From: Squalus acanthias
Taxonomy: Eukaryota
DNA length: 64,000 nt
Assembly (NCBI GenBank): GCA_030390025.1
Contig: CM059433.1
Span: forward strand, 52,390,001-52,454,000
Reading direction: 5' to 3'
Below, in pieces: positions 12,846 to 24,672 of the stretch. Each line of letters opens with the position of its first letter. Position 1 is the stretch's first letter. The position numbers were made by a program, and so were the translations under genes. Under the pieces are notes generated by a model. It was given only the letters and a program-made list of their open reading frames with translations, was not told where the DNA came from and did not search any database.

Positions 12846-14691
12846 CCACCCCAGGTTTGTATTACTTTGGGTAATGCTGAAGATAGCTCCAGGCAACTTC
12901 ACAGCAGCATAAGCCCCACACAGAGCCAGGTAGATTGATGCTATTATGAGCTGTTGCATCTAACCCATCAACCTGAGACATGTGTCCAATGTGAAGGACA
13001 TCAGTCTTGGAAATTAAGCACTAAGTGCAGGAATCACAGCGTGTACCAGACTATAAACAGCTTCTCTACAATGGATAAATACAGTGGCCCCTAACTGAGA
13101 TACTGCTGCACAGGAGCTGTTATTTGTTTGTACACATTGAGATCATACTGTGGGTCCAATTATTATGAAATATAGAGATTTTTAGTGAGAATTACCAAAG
13201 TAAATTAAAAATTAAAGTGATCTGACTATTATAATATGATATATTATAAATCATTATGACAATTCTGAACAATCACAAATGTCTGTTCTAACCTTCAGAA
13301 GACACTCTGAAAACAGAGAAAGCTATCTGCAACTCACATCCTCAACAAGAGAGCTTCTGGTTCTCATGGCAACTCTCCTTACTTTCTCTTGCCACTCCAT
13401 GCAAATTATTATTCAGGCACCTGGATAGATACTTAATTCCACATTGACGGTACATTGAGGAGATTCGTTCTTGTGTGCTGGAACTCCGGCCTCACTTAAA
13501 GGGAGAAACACATCTCCACCTAACCCTTCTAAGTTGTCTTTAAAATTTCTGGCTTTTTGGGAGCCAGCACTGATGACTTATGTGCTGAATATAGGGAAGT
13601 TCCAGAGTGCCGGCTCTTTTCTGTTAAGAAATAGATTGAGACTGTCAGAACCGATGTCACTTGTGACCTTTAACAGCTGTCAAAGAATAAAGACCTTCAT
13701 TGCTTTCTCTCTGGGGTGATTTGGAACCAACCAGTGAAATTAGAATGTTAATCTGGGTTTATCCTGCACGTATCGATTGTTAACAGACCTGCATTGGCGC
13801 TACAACAAGATACAAGGTAAGAATTCTACCCACTTCTCCAATCAATTCTTTTATTTTCCAACCTCTATTAATGTTGCACCTAGAGGAGAATGAGCTTACA
13901 ACAACTATGTACATGACACATCGTGCTATTTGTGTCGATAAACGCCAGCTCTCATCAGACAGGTTAGTGAACCTTGTAGAGCCTCTGCATTCATGGTCTA
14001 GCACACATTTATTTTACTGGCAGCAATTACATTTCACTAGCTATATAATTTGCAGCAGTGTGAAATGTCAAGCCGCCATTCCCGTAACCCAACGTTGCGT
14101 TCCATGCTTTGCCTTAAACATGTTTAAATTATCAACGGCACCTCTCAGCTAAACAGGTAATCCAAGGTTGATTAATGTCCACGGAAAATCAATTAATCTC
14201 CACGAGCCATTAAACTTTAGCATACACAAAAATTTCCATTGATTTCGTGCCTATTCACAAAGATCCATGAACATTAAATATCAGCTTCTGTTAAATGGTT
14301 ACAGCATTGGACTGTCAACTGGGCGATCATTGGACTTTACTAAATTTTTCATCTGCCTGCAAGCCAGCAATATGTACGGTGCATATAAAGTGCACTTTTA
14401 ATTAATAAGAGAAAGATGACAGTACAGTTGACTTCATATAAATTCATCCTTAACCCAAATATGGATTTCTAATGTACTAAAACCATATGCTGTGCGGTCT
14501 TGTGCATAAATTATTGATCGAAGCATAACATTCAAACACAAAATATGGATTGAACCATAAACGTTCCCCGCTTACTCAATTTTACGCTCAGCTCGCACAC
14601 TGCGACGATGAAAAATAAAAATCTGTTATTGTTGTGTAAGGCTACTTAAGCATCCAAGTTACTGGAATATTAATCTCAAAACACCTAAAAC

Positions 14692-14775
14692 ATAATACAA
14701 ACAGAAAATGGTGGAAAACACAGCTGGTCAGGCAGCATCTGTGGAGAGAGAAACAGAGTTAACGTTTCAGGTCGA
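14692..14775 (-). mobile_element. Short Penelope terminal fragment
   Basis: Matches 10115-10193 (…GGCAGCATCTGTGGAGAGAGAAACAGAGTTAACGTTTCAGGTCG). Confidence 0.7.
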
Positions 14776-15080
14776 TGGCATAATGGCCTGGCCTCTCCTA
14801 ATCCCTTGCCATAACTTTGGGAGGAGTCCAGTGGAAGTCCCAGAGAGACGCAGTACAGTTTTCAGCACCTTGTGCCCTTTCCCTGGGAGTTCTGCTGATA
14901 TCTCACCGAAGTTACGACGGGAGATTGTGAAAACCACCATGGAATTTCAGGGCCAATATTATGTAAAATAGAATAATCTAAACACTATATGGTTAGTTTT
15001 TCAATTTTGCACTCTATGCAGAGCTTTGCGTGACAGCAGCAAATGTCAAAAATTTGGGTGCAAAGGTCAGTATACCTCAT

Positions 15081-17540
15081 CATAAGAACATAAGAACATA
15101 AGAAATAGGAGCAGGAGTAGGCCAATCGGCCCCTCGAGCCTGCTCCGCCATTCAATAAGATCATGGCTGATCTGATCCTAACCGCCAATCTACTATCTAT
15201 CACAGAACCATCTCCTGCATCTAACAGAATTGCACACACGAAATAGGAGCAGAATCAGGCTACACGGTCCCTGGGCCCGCTCCACTACCCACAGGGCCAT
15301 GACCGATCCGAACCTAGACTCATGTCCAAATTCCTGCCCGCTCCCCGTAACCCTTAATGCCCTTTACTTCTAGGAAACTGTCTATTTCTGTTTTAAATTT
15401 ATTTAATGATGTAGCTTCTACAGCTTTTTGTGGCAGCATATTCCATGGACCTACCACCCTCTGAGTGAAGTAGTTCCTCCTCATCTCAGTTTTGAAAGAG
15501 CAGCCCCTTATTCTAAGACTATGTCCCCTAGTTCTAGTCTCACCCATCATCGGGAACATCCTCCCCGCATCCACCCGATCCAACCCCTTCACAATCTTAT
15601 ATGTTTCAATAAGATCGCCTCTCATTCTTCTGAACTCCAATGAGTAGAGTCCCAATCTACCCAACCTCTCCTCATATGACCACCCCCTCATCCCCGGGAT
15701 TAACCGAGTGAACCTTTTTTGCACTGCCTCGAGAGCAAGGATGTCTTTCCTTAAGTAAGGACACCAAAACTGTATGCAGTATTCCAGGTGCGGTCTCACC
15801 AATACCTTGTACAACTGAAGCAATACCTCCCTATTTTTATATTCTATCCCCCTAGCAATGAAAGCCAACATTCCATTTGCCTTCTTAATCACTTGCTGCA
15901 CCTGCATACTAACCTTTTGAGTTTTGTGCACCAGGACCCCCAGATCCCTTTGCACTTCAGTACTCTCCAGTTTCTTGCCATTAAGATAATAAATTGCTCT
16001 AGGATTTTTCCTGCCAAAGTGCATCACCTCACACTTTCCAGTGTTGTATTCCATCTGCCAAATCTCTGCCCACTTACTTAGCCTGTCTATGTCCCCTTGC
16101 AGGTTTTTTATGTCCTCCTCACTCACTACTTTCCCTCCCATCTTTGTATCATCTGCAAATTTTGATATGTTACACTTGGTCCCTTCCTCCAAATCGTTAA
16201 TATAGATTGTAAAGAGTTGGGGACCCAGCACTGACCCCTGTGGAACACCACTAGTTACTGATTGCCAGTCTGAGAATGAACCATTTATCCCAACTCTTTG
16301 CTTTCTGTTAGATAGCCAATCCTCTATCCATGCCAGAATATTACCCCCAATCCCGTGATTTTTTACCTTAAGCAATAATCTTTTGTGTGGCACCTTGTCA
16401 AATGCCTTTTGGAAGTCTAAATACACTACGTCCACTGGTTCCCCTTTATCCACTCTATATGTTACTTCCTCAAAGAACTCCAGCAAATTTGTCAAACATG
16501 ACTTCCCCTTCGTAAAACCATGCTGACTTTGTCCTATTAAATTATGATTATCCAAATGTCCTGTTACTGTTTCCTTAATAATGGACTCCAAAATTTTACC
16601 TACCACAGATGTTAGGCTAACCGGTCTATAGTTACCAGCCTTCTGTCTACTGCCCTTTTTAAATAAGGGTGTTACATTAGCAGTTTTCCAGTCTGCCGGG
16701 ACCTTAGCGGAATCCAGGGAGTTTTGAAAAATTATTACCAATGCATGTACAATCCCTACCGCCACTTCCTTCAAGACTCTAGGATGTAAGCCATCAGGTC
16801 CAGGTGATTTATCCGCCTTGAGTCCCATTATTTTACCGAGTACCACTTCCTTAGTGATTTTGATCGTGTTTAGCTCCTCTCCCCCTATAGCCCCCTGTTT
16901 GTCCAGTGTTGGGATATTCTTAGTGTCCTCTACTGTAAAGACTGATACAAAATATTCATTCAGTGTTTTTGCCATCTCCATATTTCCCACCATTAATTTC
17001 CCGGTCTCATCCTCTAAGGGACCAACATTTACTTTAGCCACCCTTTTTCTTTTTATATAACTATAAAAACTCTTACTATCTGTTTTTATATTTTTTGCTA
17101 ATTTACTTTCATAATCTATCTTCCCTTTCTTAATCAATCTTTTTGTTATTTTTTGCTGCCTTTTAAAGTTTTCCCAATCCTCTGTCCTCCCACTAGATTT
17201 CGCTACCTTATATGCCCTTGTTTTTAGTCGAATACTATCCTTAATTTCTTTACTTAGCCACGGATGACTGTCCTTTCTTTTACACCCTTTTCTTTTCAGT
17301 GGAATATATATTTTTTGGAAGTTGTAAAATAACTCCTTGAATGTACACCACTGATCATGTGTCGTCTTACCCTTTAATCTATTTTCCCAATCCACTCTAC
17401 TCAATTCCGCTCGCATACCTTCATAGTCTCCTTTATTCAAGCTTAGCACGCTTGTTTGAGATCCAACCTTCTCACCCTCTAATTGAATATGGAATTCAAC
17501 CATGTTATGGTCACTCATTCCAAGGGGATCCTTTACTAGG
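15081..17540 (-). mobile_element. Young CR1 LINE, 5'-truncated, with (TTCTTATG)n tail
   Basis: Uninterrupted ORF2; 8-mer terminal repeats CATAAGAA x3 on the plus strand. Confidence 0.95.
15320..17518 (-). CDS. CR1 ORF2 (endonuclease C-terminus plus complete RT), 732 aa without stops, N-terminally truncated
   Basis: SDH endonuclease motif, [35 protein letters not shown]. Confidence 0.9.
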   Translation of the reverse strand: MSDHNMVEFHIQLEGEKVGSQTSVLSLNKGDYEGMRAELSRVDWENRLKGKTTHDQWCTFKELFYNFQKIYIPLKRKGCKRKDSHPWLSKEIKDSIRLKTRAYKVAKSSGRTEDWENFKRQQKITKRLIKKGKIDYESKLAKNIKTDSKSFYSYIKRKRVAKVNVGPLEDETGKLMVGNMEMAKTLNEYFVSVFTVEDTKNIPTLDKQGAIGGEELNTIKITKEVVLGKIMGLKADKSPGPDGLHPRVLKEVAVGIVHALVIIFQNSLDSAKVPADWKTANVTPLFKKGSRQKAGNYRPVSLTSVVGKILESIIKETVTGHLDNHNLIGQSQHGFTKGKSCLTNLLEFFEEVTYRVDKGEPVDVVYLDFQKAFDKVPHKRLLLKVKNHGIGGNILAWIEDWLSNRKQRVGINGSFSDWQSVTSGVPQGSVLGPQLFTIYINDLEEGTKCNISKFADDTKMGGKVVSEEDIKNLQGDIDRLSKWAEIWQMEYNTGKCEVMHFGRKNPRAIYYLNGKKLESTEVQRDLGVLVHKTQKVSMQVQQVIKKANGMLAFIARGIEYKNREVLLQLYKVLVRPHLEYCIQFWCPYLRKDILALEAVQKRFTRLIPGMRGWSYEERLGRLGLYSLEFRRMRGDLIETYKIVKGLDRVDAGRMFPMMGETRTRGHSLRIRGCSFKTEMRRNYFTQRVVGPWNMLPQKAVEATSLNKFKTEIDSFLEVKGIKGYGERAGIWT

Positions 17541-19599
17541 ACGCAGCCACTTTTTCTTGACAGACACTGACTTGGTCTTAGAGCTATTTTAGCATATTGT
17601 CAATTCAAATTAGAAGCTCTAGGGGTAGTCTTTCAAAATTGTCTAAACTGTTCTTTTTATTCAGTATTATAACAAACTTGTATAAGCCTCCTGTTTTTAA
17701 TTGGCTGCAATGCATTAACATTGATATGTTTTCATTTGAGTTCTTCTTGTCATGCTGGAATTGTGGTAGAGTCATTCCTAACTTTTCAGTTTCTTCAGAT
17801 CAAGAACCAAGACTACCAACTGGGCCTGTCAGCAGCACAATTCAGTTTTTCAAGGCCCTAGTGGATGCAGCATCAACACATTTGGGCAATTCAGGCAAAC
17901 ACTCGATCACCATAGGATTGTAAATGGGCGAAGTGATTGAAGGGCAGGATGAAGGAAATCTACTGAATTACTTAGCTAAGCACTATGCTCGTGCTTTAAG
18001 CTGAAATTGCTGGAACTGAATTCATCTGTGACCTTTCACAACTGTCAGAGATGGTGCTTTCACTCAACTGGACTTAAATCTGAATCTCTAAAGGGCAAGG
18101 GTAGAGACTGAGACAAATGTCTTGCGGCAATAGCAATCACTCCACAAGAGAAGTATCCTAAAATTATCATTAGTATGTTAGTCAAGTATATCCGTACTCA
18201 TTTAAAGCTTATTAATAATAATTTCAATGAACATTGTGACCTTTAACAATTGTCAGAAAGAATAGTTCCTTTCATTGATCTGGATCACTGAGGCAGAAAC
18301 TAACACAAGATGCCCCTTTCAAGCAGAAATGGCAATTATGCAAGAAAAATAATTACGTATTTCATTAACTGGGTTCAGTTTTTAAATTGCAGACATCCAT
18401 AGCCCGTAACTGGAACGCTAATAGCACATAAATAGTCATTTAAAGCTTGAAATTCAGTAACACCTTTTAGATTATCTATTAAAAATAAACTTGTTTTCAG
18501 ATCGTAAACTGCTTTGTTAAGTTGATTGGTTCAGCAGCTATTTCGATATTGCAGCATAAATCAAGCTATGCTCTTGCGTGTTTTATTGCTCTATGCCACT
18601 GACCTCCATTATATGCAGCTAGTTTCCGGCTCCAATTGACAGGATATGGTGGGACAGAGCAGAGGTCAGTCATATTTGTTCCAGAGCTGCCTCAGTCAAT
18701 TTTAGTGATATCAATAAGATTATATTATAATAAATACTTGATACCTCATATTGTGAAGGATATTTTATTTTTGTGCACCAAGACACAAGGTTATGCCTTG
18801 TCTTGTAAATGTATTCCACTATAAATAACTAGAGACGTTTGTAAATTGCTTACTCAGATCTCTAAATCCTGTCCTCCTGCGTGTCAGTATTGGCAATTGT
18901 GAGGCAGTCCTCGCATACACAGTGTATGTAGCCGAGTTTGGGAGCTGCATTCTGTTATAAAGTAGGAGTGGCCAACCTTTCAAAGCTCAAGAGCAGAAAA
19001 AAAGCAAAGGACCGAAAATCTGTGGCCCTTCCAATGCTGTCCTCCTGTAACTCGGGCAGAGCCGGACCCTGATTTGCTAGATCCCGGCCGAACACGGGAG
19101 TTTTCTGATTATCCAGAGCCTCTGCCTGCAAACAAAGCCGTTTGTGCAGGACGGGGCGAGGATACTCAACAGCAGAAATTCTTGCTTCTCCAGCTCTCGT
19201 ACAAACCTGGTATATCAGCAGCACAGCAGTCTGCGGAATGCAGGCAGTGGGCCCCACCTGGGGGTTCAGGCTCGGAATGTGACCTGGACCACTGAAGAAA
19301 AAGCAGGACTTAAAAAAAAATGAAATGTGGCCCTCTTAATGGGGACACTTCACAAATCTTTCCAGAGGTGGGGGTTGGGGGAATCCAGCAAACCTTCTCC
19401 CCTACCAGAACTAGCAAGTTGAGACACATAATTTGTGGTTTCTTTAGCAGATGGGCACCCCAGATGTGCCTTTCATGGTGTGTGTGCCCATCATTGCATT
19501 GGAAATAGAGGGCATGCACAGTGGCAGAGGTCTCAGGTGGGTACATCCGAGCACAAATTCCGGGATGCGTCCCCTGCGGATTTGGCCCCAATATTAATC

Positions 19600-20600
19600 T
19601 GAAAGTGGCGTCCGAGGCTGGGGGTGGGTGGGGATGGAATTGCTTGGGGGAATTCTAGGGCAACAATGTAAGTGGCGATGGGTGCCTCATTTTCATCCTC
19701 CTCCTCCTCCTCAATGTTCTCCTCCTCCTCTATGTTCTCCTCCTCCTCTATGTTCTCCTCATCCAAAGATGAGCTGCAGCACACCACTATCATTCTGGAT
19801 ACCCTGGCTGGCGAGTACTGAAGGGTGCCTCTAGACCTATTTAAGCAACTGAAGCTCATCTTCAACAATCCAATGGTTTGACACACCTGTTGGTCATGTG
19901 GCTCTCGTTGTAGTCCTCTTGCACCTCATTGGTGGGGTTCCTCACACGTGGCACGAGTCAAGTTTGAAGGGGGTATCCCTTGTCTCCAATGAGTCAGCCC
20001 TTAAATCTGCTTCCGGGAACGAAAAGTTCTGGGATGTTGGACTACCTCAGTATGAAGGCATCTGGTGCAGACCTTCATGAACCTCTTCTTGTGGTTGCAC
20101 ATCAGCTGCACATTGATGAACGAATATCCCTTGTGGTTTATAAAAGCTCCTGGTTGCTGTGGTGGTGCTCGGATTGCCACATGTGTGTGTAATCGATGGC
20201 ACCCTGTACCTGTGGGAATCCAGCCAAAGAGGTGAATCCGAGTGCCTGCTCATTCTGGCTATTGTCATCACAGGGAAATTTAGATAATTGTCGGCTAGGG
20301 CAAATAATCCATCCGCCACCTGCCTTACACATTTATGTGCAGCTGACTGGGAGGTCCTGGACATGTCTCCGGTTGCGCCCTGGAAGGATCCAGTGGCAAA
20401 AGAGTTGAGGGCGGCTGTCACTTTTACAGCCACTGGTAATGCATAGCCACCAGGTCCAGCAGGGAGCAGGTCAACGTGTAGGAGGCAGCAGATGTCTGTC
20501 ACCACCGGACGTGACAACCTCAGCTCTTCCGACACATCAAGAAAGCTGAGCCTTTGTCTGTACACCCTGTGATGTGGGTAGTGCCTCCTATGACCTCGGC
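19600..20600 (-). pseudogene. Degenerate Harbinger (HARBI1-like DDE) transposase
   Basis: YRQRLSFLD, LPVAVKVTAALNSFATGSFQ, GFPQVQGAIDYTH, acidic C-terminal tail; frameshifted. Confidence 0.85.
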
Positions 20601-20943
20601 CTCCCTCCTGTGCAACTCCCTCCAGTGCAACTCCCTCCTGTGCAACTCCTTCCAGTGCACCTCCCTCCAGTGTAACTCCCTCCAGTGCACCTCCCTCCAG
20701 TGCAACTCCCTCCAGTGCCCCTCCCTCCTGTGCCCCTCCCTCCAGTGTAACTCCCTCCAGTGCACCTCCCTCCAGTGCAACTCCCTCCAGTGCCCCTCCC
20801 TCCTGTGCCCCTCCCTCCAGTGTAACTCCCTCCAGTGCACCTCCCTCCAGTGCAACTCCCTCCAGTGCCCCTCCCTCCTGTGCCCCTCCCTCCAGTGTAA
20901 CTCCCTCCAGTGCACCTCCCTCCAGTGCAACTCCCTCCAGTGC
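20601..20943 (+). repeat. 15-bp minisatellite (CTCCCTCCAGTGCAA variants) with a 75-bp higher-order period
   Basis: About 23 units; the 5-unit block restarts at 20671, 20746, 20821 and 20896. Confidence 0.95.
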
Positions 20944-21620
20944 GCTTCTCAGGTGAAACAGCGATTTACTTGTACTTCTTGCAATTTAGTATACTGTATT
21001 CGCTGCTCACGATGCGGTCTCCTCTACATTGGAGAGACCAAATGCAGATTGGGTGACCGCTTTGCGGAACACCTCCATTCAGTCCGTAAGGGTTCTTCGG
21101 CTCTGTCGCATATGTTCTGACGATGCCATCGTCCATCAGTCTGTTCAGTCTGCAAGCATGACCCCAAGCTTCCGGTTGCCTGTCTCTTTAATTCTCCGCT
21201 CCACTCCCACTCTGATCTCTCTGTCCTCGGCCTCCTACACTGTTCCAACGAAGCTCAACGTAAGTTTGAGGAACAGGACCTCATCTTTCGATTAGGCACT
21301 TTACAGCCTTCTGGACTCAACATTGGGTTCAATAATTTCAGACTATAACCCCTGCCCCTATTTTATCAGGCGGCAGCTGTTGATGATTCTGCCATCCCCA
21401 TTTGCAACATTTAACCACTCCTGCCTTCCACCCTATCACAGACCATCCCTTTTGTTATTTCCTCCCCTTCCCTCCTTCCCTCCTTCCCCTGCCTCTGCAC
21501 CTGGTTCAAATCTGTTACATCTCGAACTGTTTCCAGTTCTGACGAAGGGTCACAGACCTGAAACGTTTCTCTCTCCACGGATGCTGCCTGGCCTGCTGAG
21601 CGTTTCCATCATTTTCTGGA
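20944..21620 (+). mobile_element. Penelope-like element 3' fragment (GIY-YIG endonuclease plus pLTR)
   Basis: FTCTSCNLVYCIRCSRCGLLYIGETKCRLGDRFAEH is a Penelope GIY-YIG domain; hammerhead core at 21535-21567. Confidence 0.9.
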
Positions 21621-21974
21621 GATGAAGTACTCGTGGTGTGCCTTCTTGAGAAAGGGGGAATGGAGTAGGAGCACTCAGGGTGGGTCTGCAAGTAAGCAGA
21701 GACTGAACAGAATAGTTAAAATATCTAAAATACAAGATCACTGGCAGGGGAAATTGGAAACTATCATGGTGGTCAGAACTGGGTTGAATTTTTTGAATGA
21801 TCTGATTAGACTGTGGTGTCACATGAGGAGGATTGACCAATTCTGGGATCTGATTGGTTTGTGAAGTCACATAGGATTACATAGTTGAACTTCATTTGCT
21901 AATTATATGCCCATTCTGCAAGTTTATTAATGTCCTCCTGTAACTTGTTGCAGTCCTCCTCAGTATGCCAATTA

Positions 21975-22356
21975 ATTAAATATTTTAAACAAAAATTGAA
22001 TTTTTTGAAAAAAAGTTAAATGTTTTTATGGGACTAATTAATAAATGAGTGATAAAATTTTATTTTTCTATTTTTTAAAACTCTCATGCTGGTAAAAGCA
22101 GGCCTTACGCCTGCTTTTACCAGGCGTAAGAATTTGACAGCATTCAGCAGGTGGAAGTTGTGCAAATAGCGCAACTCTCCGCCCACGGAGGCCCCTTTCC
22201 CGGGGATGCGGAGGATCTGTCAAGAGAATTCTTGACAGATCGCAAGTGCCGGGTTTCAGCGCATGTGCGTCGCATGCCTAAACCCAGAACTTGCGCAGCC
22301 CCTACGGGCGCGTGCACACCTCGTACACACCCGTGGGGGGTCACAAAATATGGCCC
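21975..22356. mobile_element. Harbinger-type terminal fragment
   Basis: CpG-rich subterminus ending AAAATATGGCCC; hairpin CTGGTAAAAGCAGGC..GCCTGCTTTTACCAG. Confidence 0.45.
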
Positions 22357-24050
22357 ACATGTTTTTCCCTGGTATCTATCAACTATACAATTCTTTTCTT
22401 TGCATAGTTAATGTCCTTCATTTCACATCTCACTTGTAGAGCTCAAAATGGTTGTGACTGTGCACAGCTGCTTGATCACATCAGCTGGGATTCCACGACT
22501 TCACAATGCCAATGTATGAATGCTTCAGTGAAGCAGAAAAAAAGAGATTTTCACCATCATTAACAATTCAACAAATTTTCCTGTTCATAAATGTTGGCTC
22601 ATCGCATCAATCTTATAAGAATTTATTTGACTAATACTGTGCAAACGAGTTACTAAACGGGGTACATATTGTAGGATCTCTTCCATGTATTGCTTCAGTT
22701 TATTCTTTATGTTAATCACCATTGAGAGCAGAAGGTAAATTACATTTTAAAAACAAGAAGGTTTTTTTAAATAGAAACAGAAAATGAAGGAAGTTTCTGA
22801 CCTCTCATCAGAACTGGCTGTGAAAAAGGGTTTGGCAAAAGCACAATCACAAACAAGAAATGAAAGGGACAAACCAGTGAACATGATGAAAGAGAGAAAT
22901 CAATATCACAACAAAACGATGAAGGGAACTTTTTCCATGGCTGACACATCTGGAAGGGAAGGGAGGGTGAAATCCAATGACAGAGATAAAACGATAAACC
23001 GTGAATGCTGGAAATCTGAACTAAAACAGAAAATGCATAGAAGGTCAATCAACATTTGAAAGAGAAGGACAGAATAATGTTTGAGATGTAACCATTCATC
23101 AGACTTTTAGTGGTTTAATTCTTGTGACAGCTGTATTCCATTTTATGCCATGGTAAGTGCTGACCAGGAGTTGAACTGATGTTACCTGAATCATTTAACT
23201 GCAGTATGCAATGCACAATCAAATCTAACCTTGATATACATATAAAGATATTGATCAAGAAAATAAGCACCACTTGTATTGGAGATGAGCAACATTTATA
23301 CCAGGGCTGTACACCATATAAGAAACAAGATAAACTAATATGGCCTTGAACACTATCAAAATAGTGTGTTCCTTTTCACAACTACCAGGGTCTCCATAAA
23401 CAACACAGTGTCCTTTGCTCTTAAGCTCTTTTGACGTCACAGCAATAAAACTAAGCCACTGTATTTGCAGGATCTGACAATGAAACATATATTCACAGTG
23501 GCAGAACGGTTCAAGCTGTTATCCTTTAGCGAACAGCTTTCAGCATGAGACACTTATCCTGCTCTGGACTTGATTCAAAATTAAATTGCCGAGGTGAAAG
23601 GGCAGCTTTCTAATCTACTGAACCACACCATCAGCTCACACACAGGTCTGACATACTAGATATTGAGAGAGCATATGGAGGTTTAATTTACTTCTAATAT
23701 ACTGATGGTGCATTAAATAAGAATTCATGTTTTCCCTCATGCTTCTTGTTGGAAGATTTGCAGGAACATACATAGTACATTTTGGAAAGTGGGGTGCTTT
23801 ATAACTAATGCACAATTGAGTAGCTATTCAGAAAGACACCAGCACTAAGTGTACTTAAGGGTGTTGAATCACCTGTTAACATCCTTATAGTCCCAAAAGC
23901 ACTATAAATAATGGTCATGACATCAATCCAGCTTTGAAGTGAGCAAATTTGAGCACTAATGAAGGAAGATGGGGTTGATTTACAGACAAAATTCTGCAGG
24001 TTACTGTAGATGGTATGAGGTAATGGAGAAATGTCCTTTACCAGTCAGAA

Positions 24051-24672
24051 GATATCAAGAAACGGCTGAGCGCACTGGATACAGCAAAGGCTGTGGGCCC
24101 CGACAACATTCCGGCTGTCGTGCTGAAGACTTGTGCTCCAGAACTAGCCGCGCCTCTAGCCAAGCTGTTCCAGTACAGTTATAACACTGGCATCTATCCG
24201 ACAATGTGAAAAACTGCCCAGATATGTCCTGTCCACAAAAAGCAGGACAAATCCCATCCGGCCAATTACCGCCCCATCAGTCTACTCTCAATCATCAGCA
24301 AAGTGATGGAAGGTGTCGTCGACAGTGCTATCAAGCAGCACTTACTCACCAAAAACCTGCTCAGCGATGCCAAGTTTGGGTTCCACCAGGACTACTCGGC
24401 TCCAGACCTCATTATAGCCTTGGTCCAAACATGGACAAAAGAGCTGAATTCCAGAGGAGAGGTGAGATGACATCAAGGCAGCATTTATACTGAATGTGGC
24501 ATCAAGGAGCCCTAGTAAAACTGAAGTCAATGGGAATCGGGGGGAAAACTCTCCACTGGCTGGAGTCATACTTAGCACAAAGGAAGAAGGTTGTGTTGGT
24601 TGGAGATCAATCATCTCAGCCCCAGGACGTCACTGCAGGAGTTCCTCAGGGCAGTGTCCTAGGCCCAACCAT
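24051..24672 (+). mobile_element. LINE family B, 5' part (split by the solo LTR)
   Basis: Colinear with 1843-2483. Confidence 0.9.

Noticed and set aside
13786-13961. Two small candidate exons (AAG/GTAAGA and CAG/GTTAGT donors)
   Set aside because: The intervening intron would be only ~65 nt and the peptides are unrecognisable
18962-19294. Possible hAT-type MITE (TAGGAGTGGCCAACC start)
   Set aside because: The right TIR and an 8-bp TSD could not be verified
19600-20600. Domesticated HARBI1 host gene
   Set aside because: It has multiple frameshifts and several related decayed copies, so it is a transposon fossil
20520-20930. 136-aa HWREL-repeat protein
   Set aside because: It is the antisense reading of the 15-bp minisatellite
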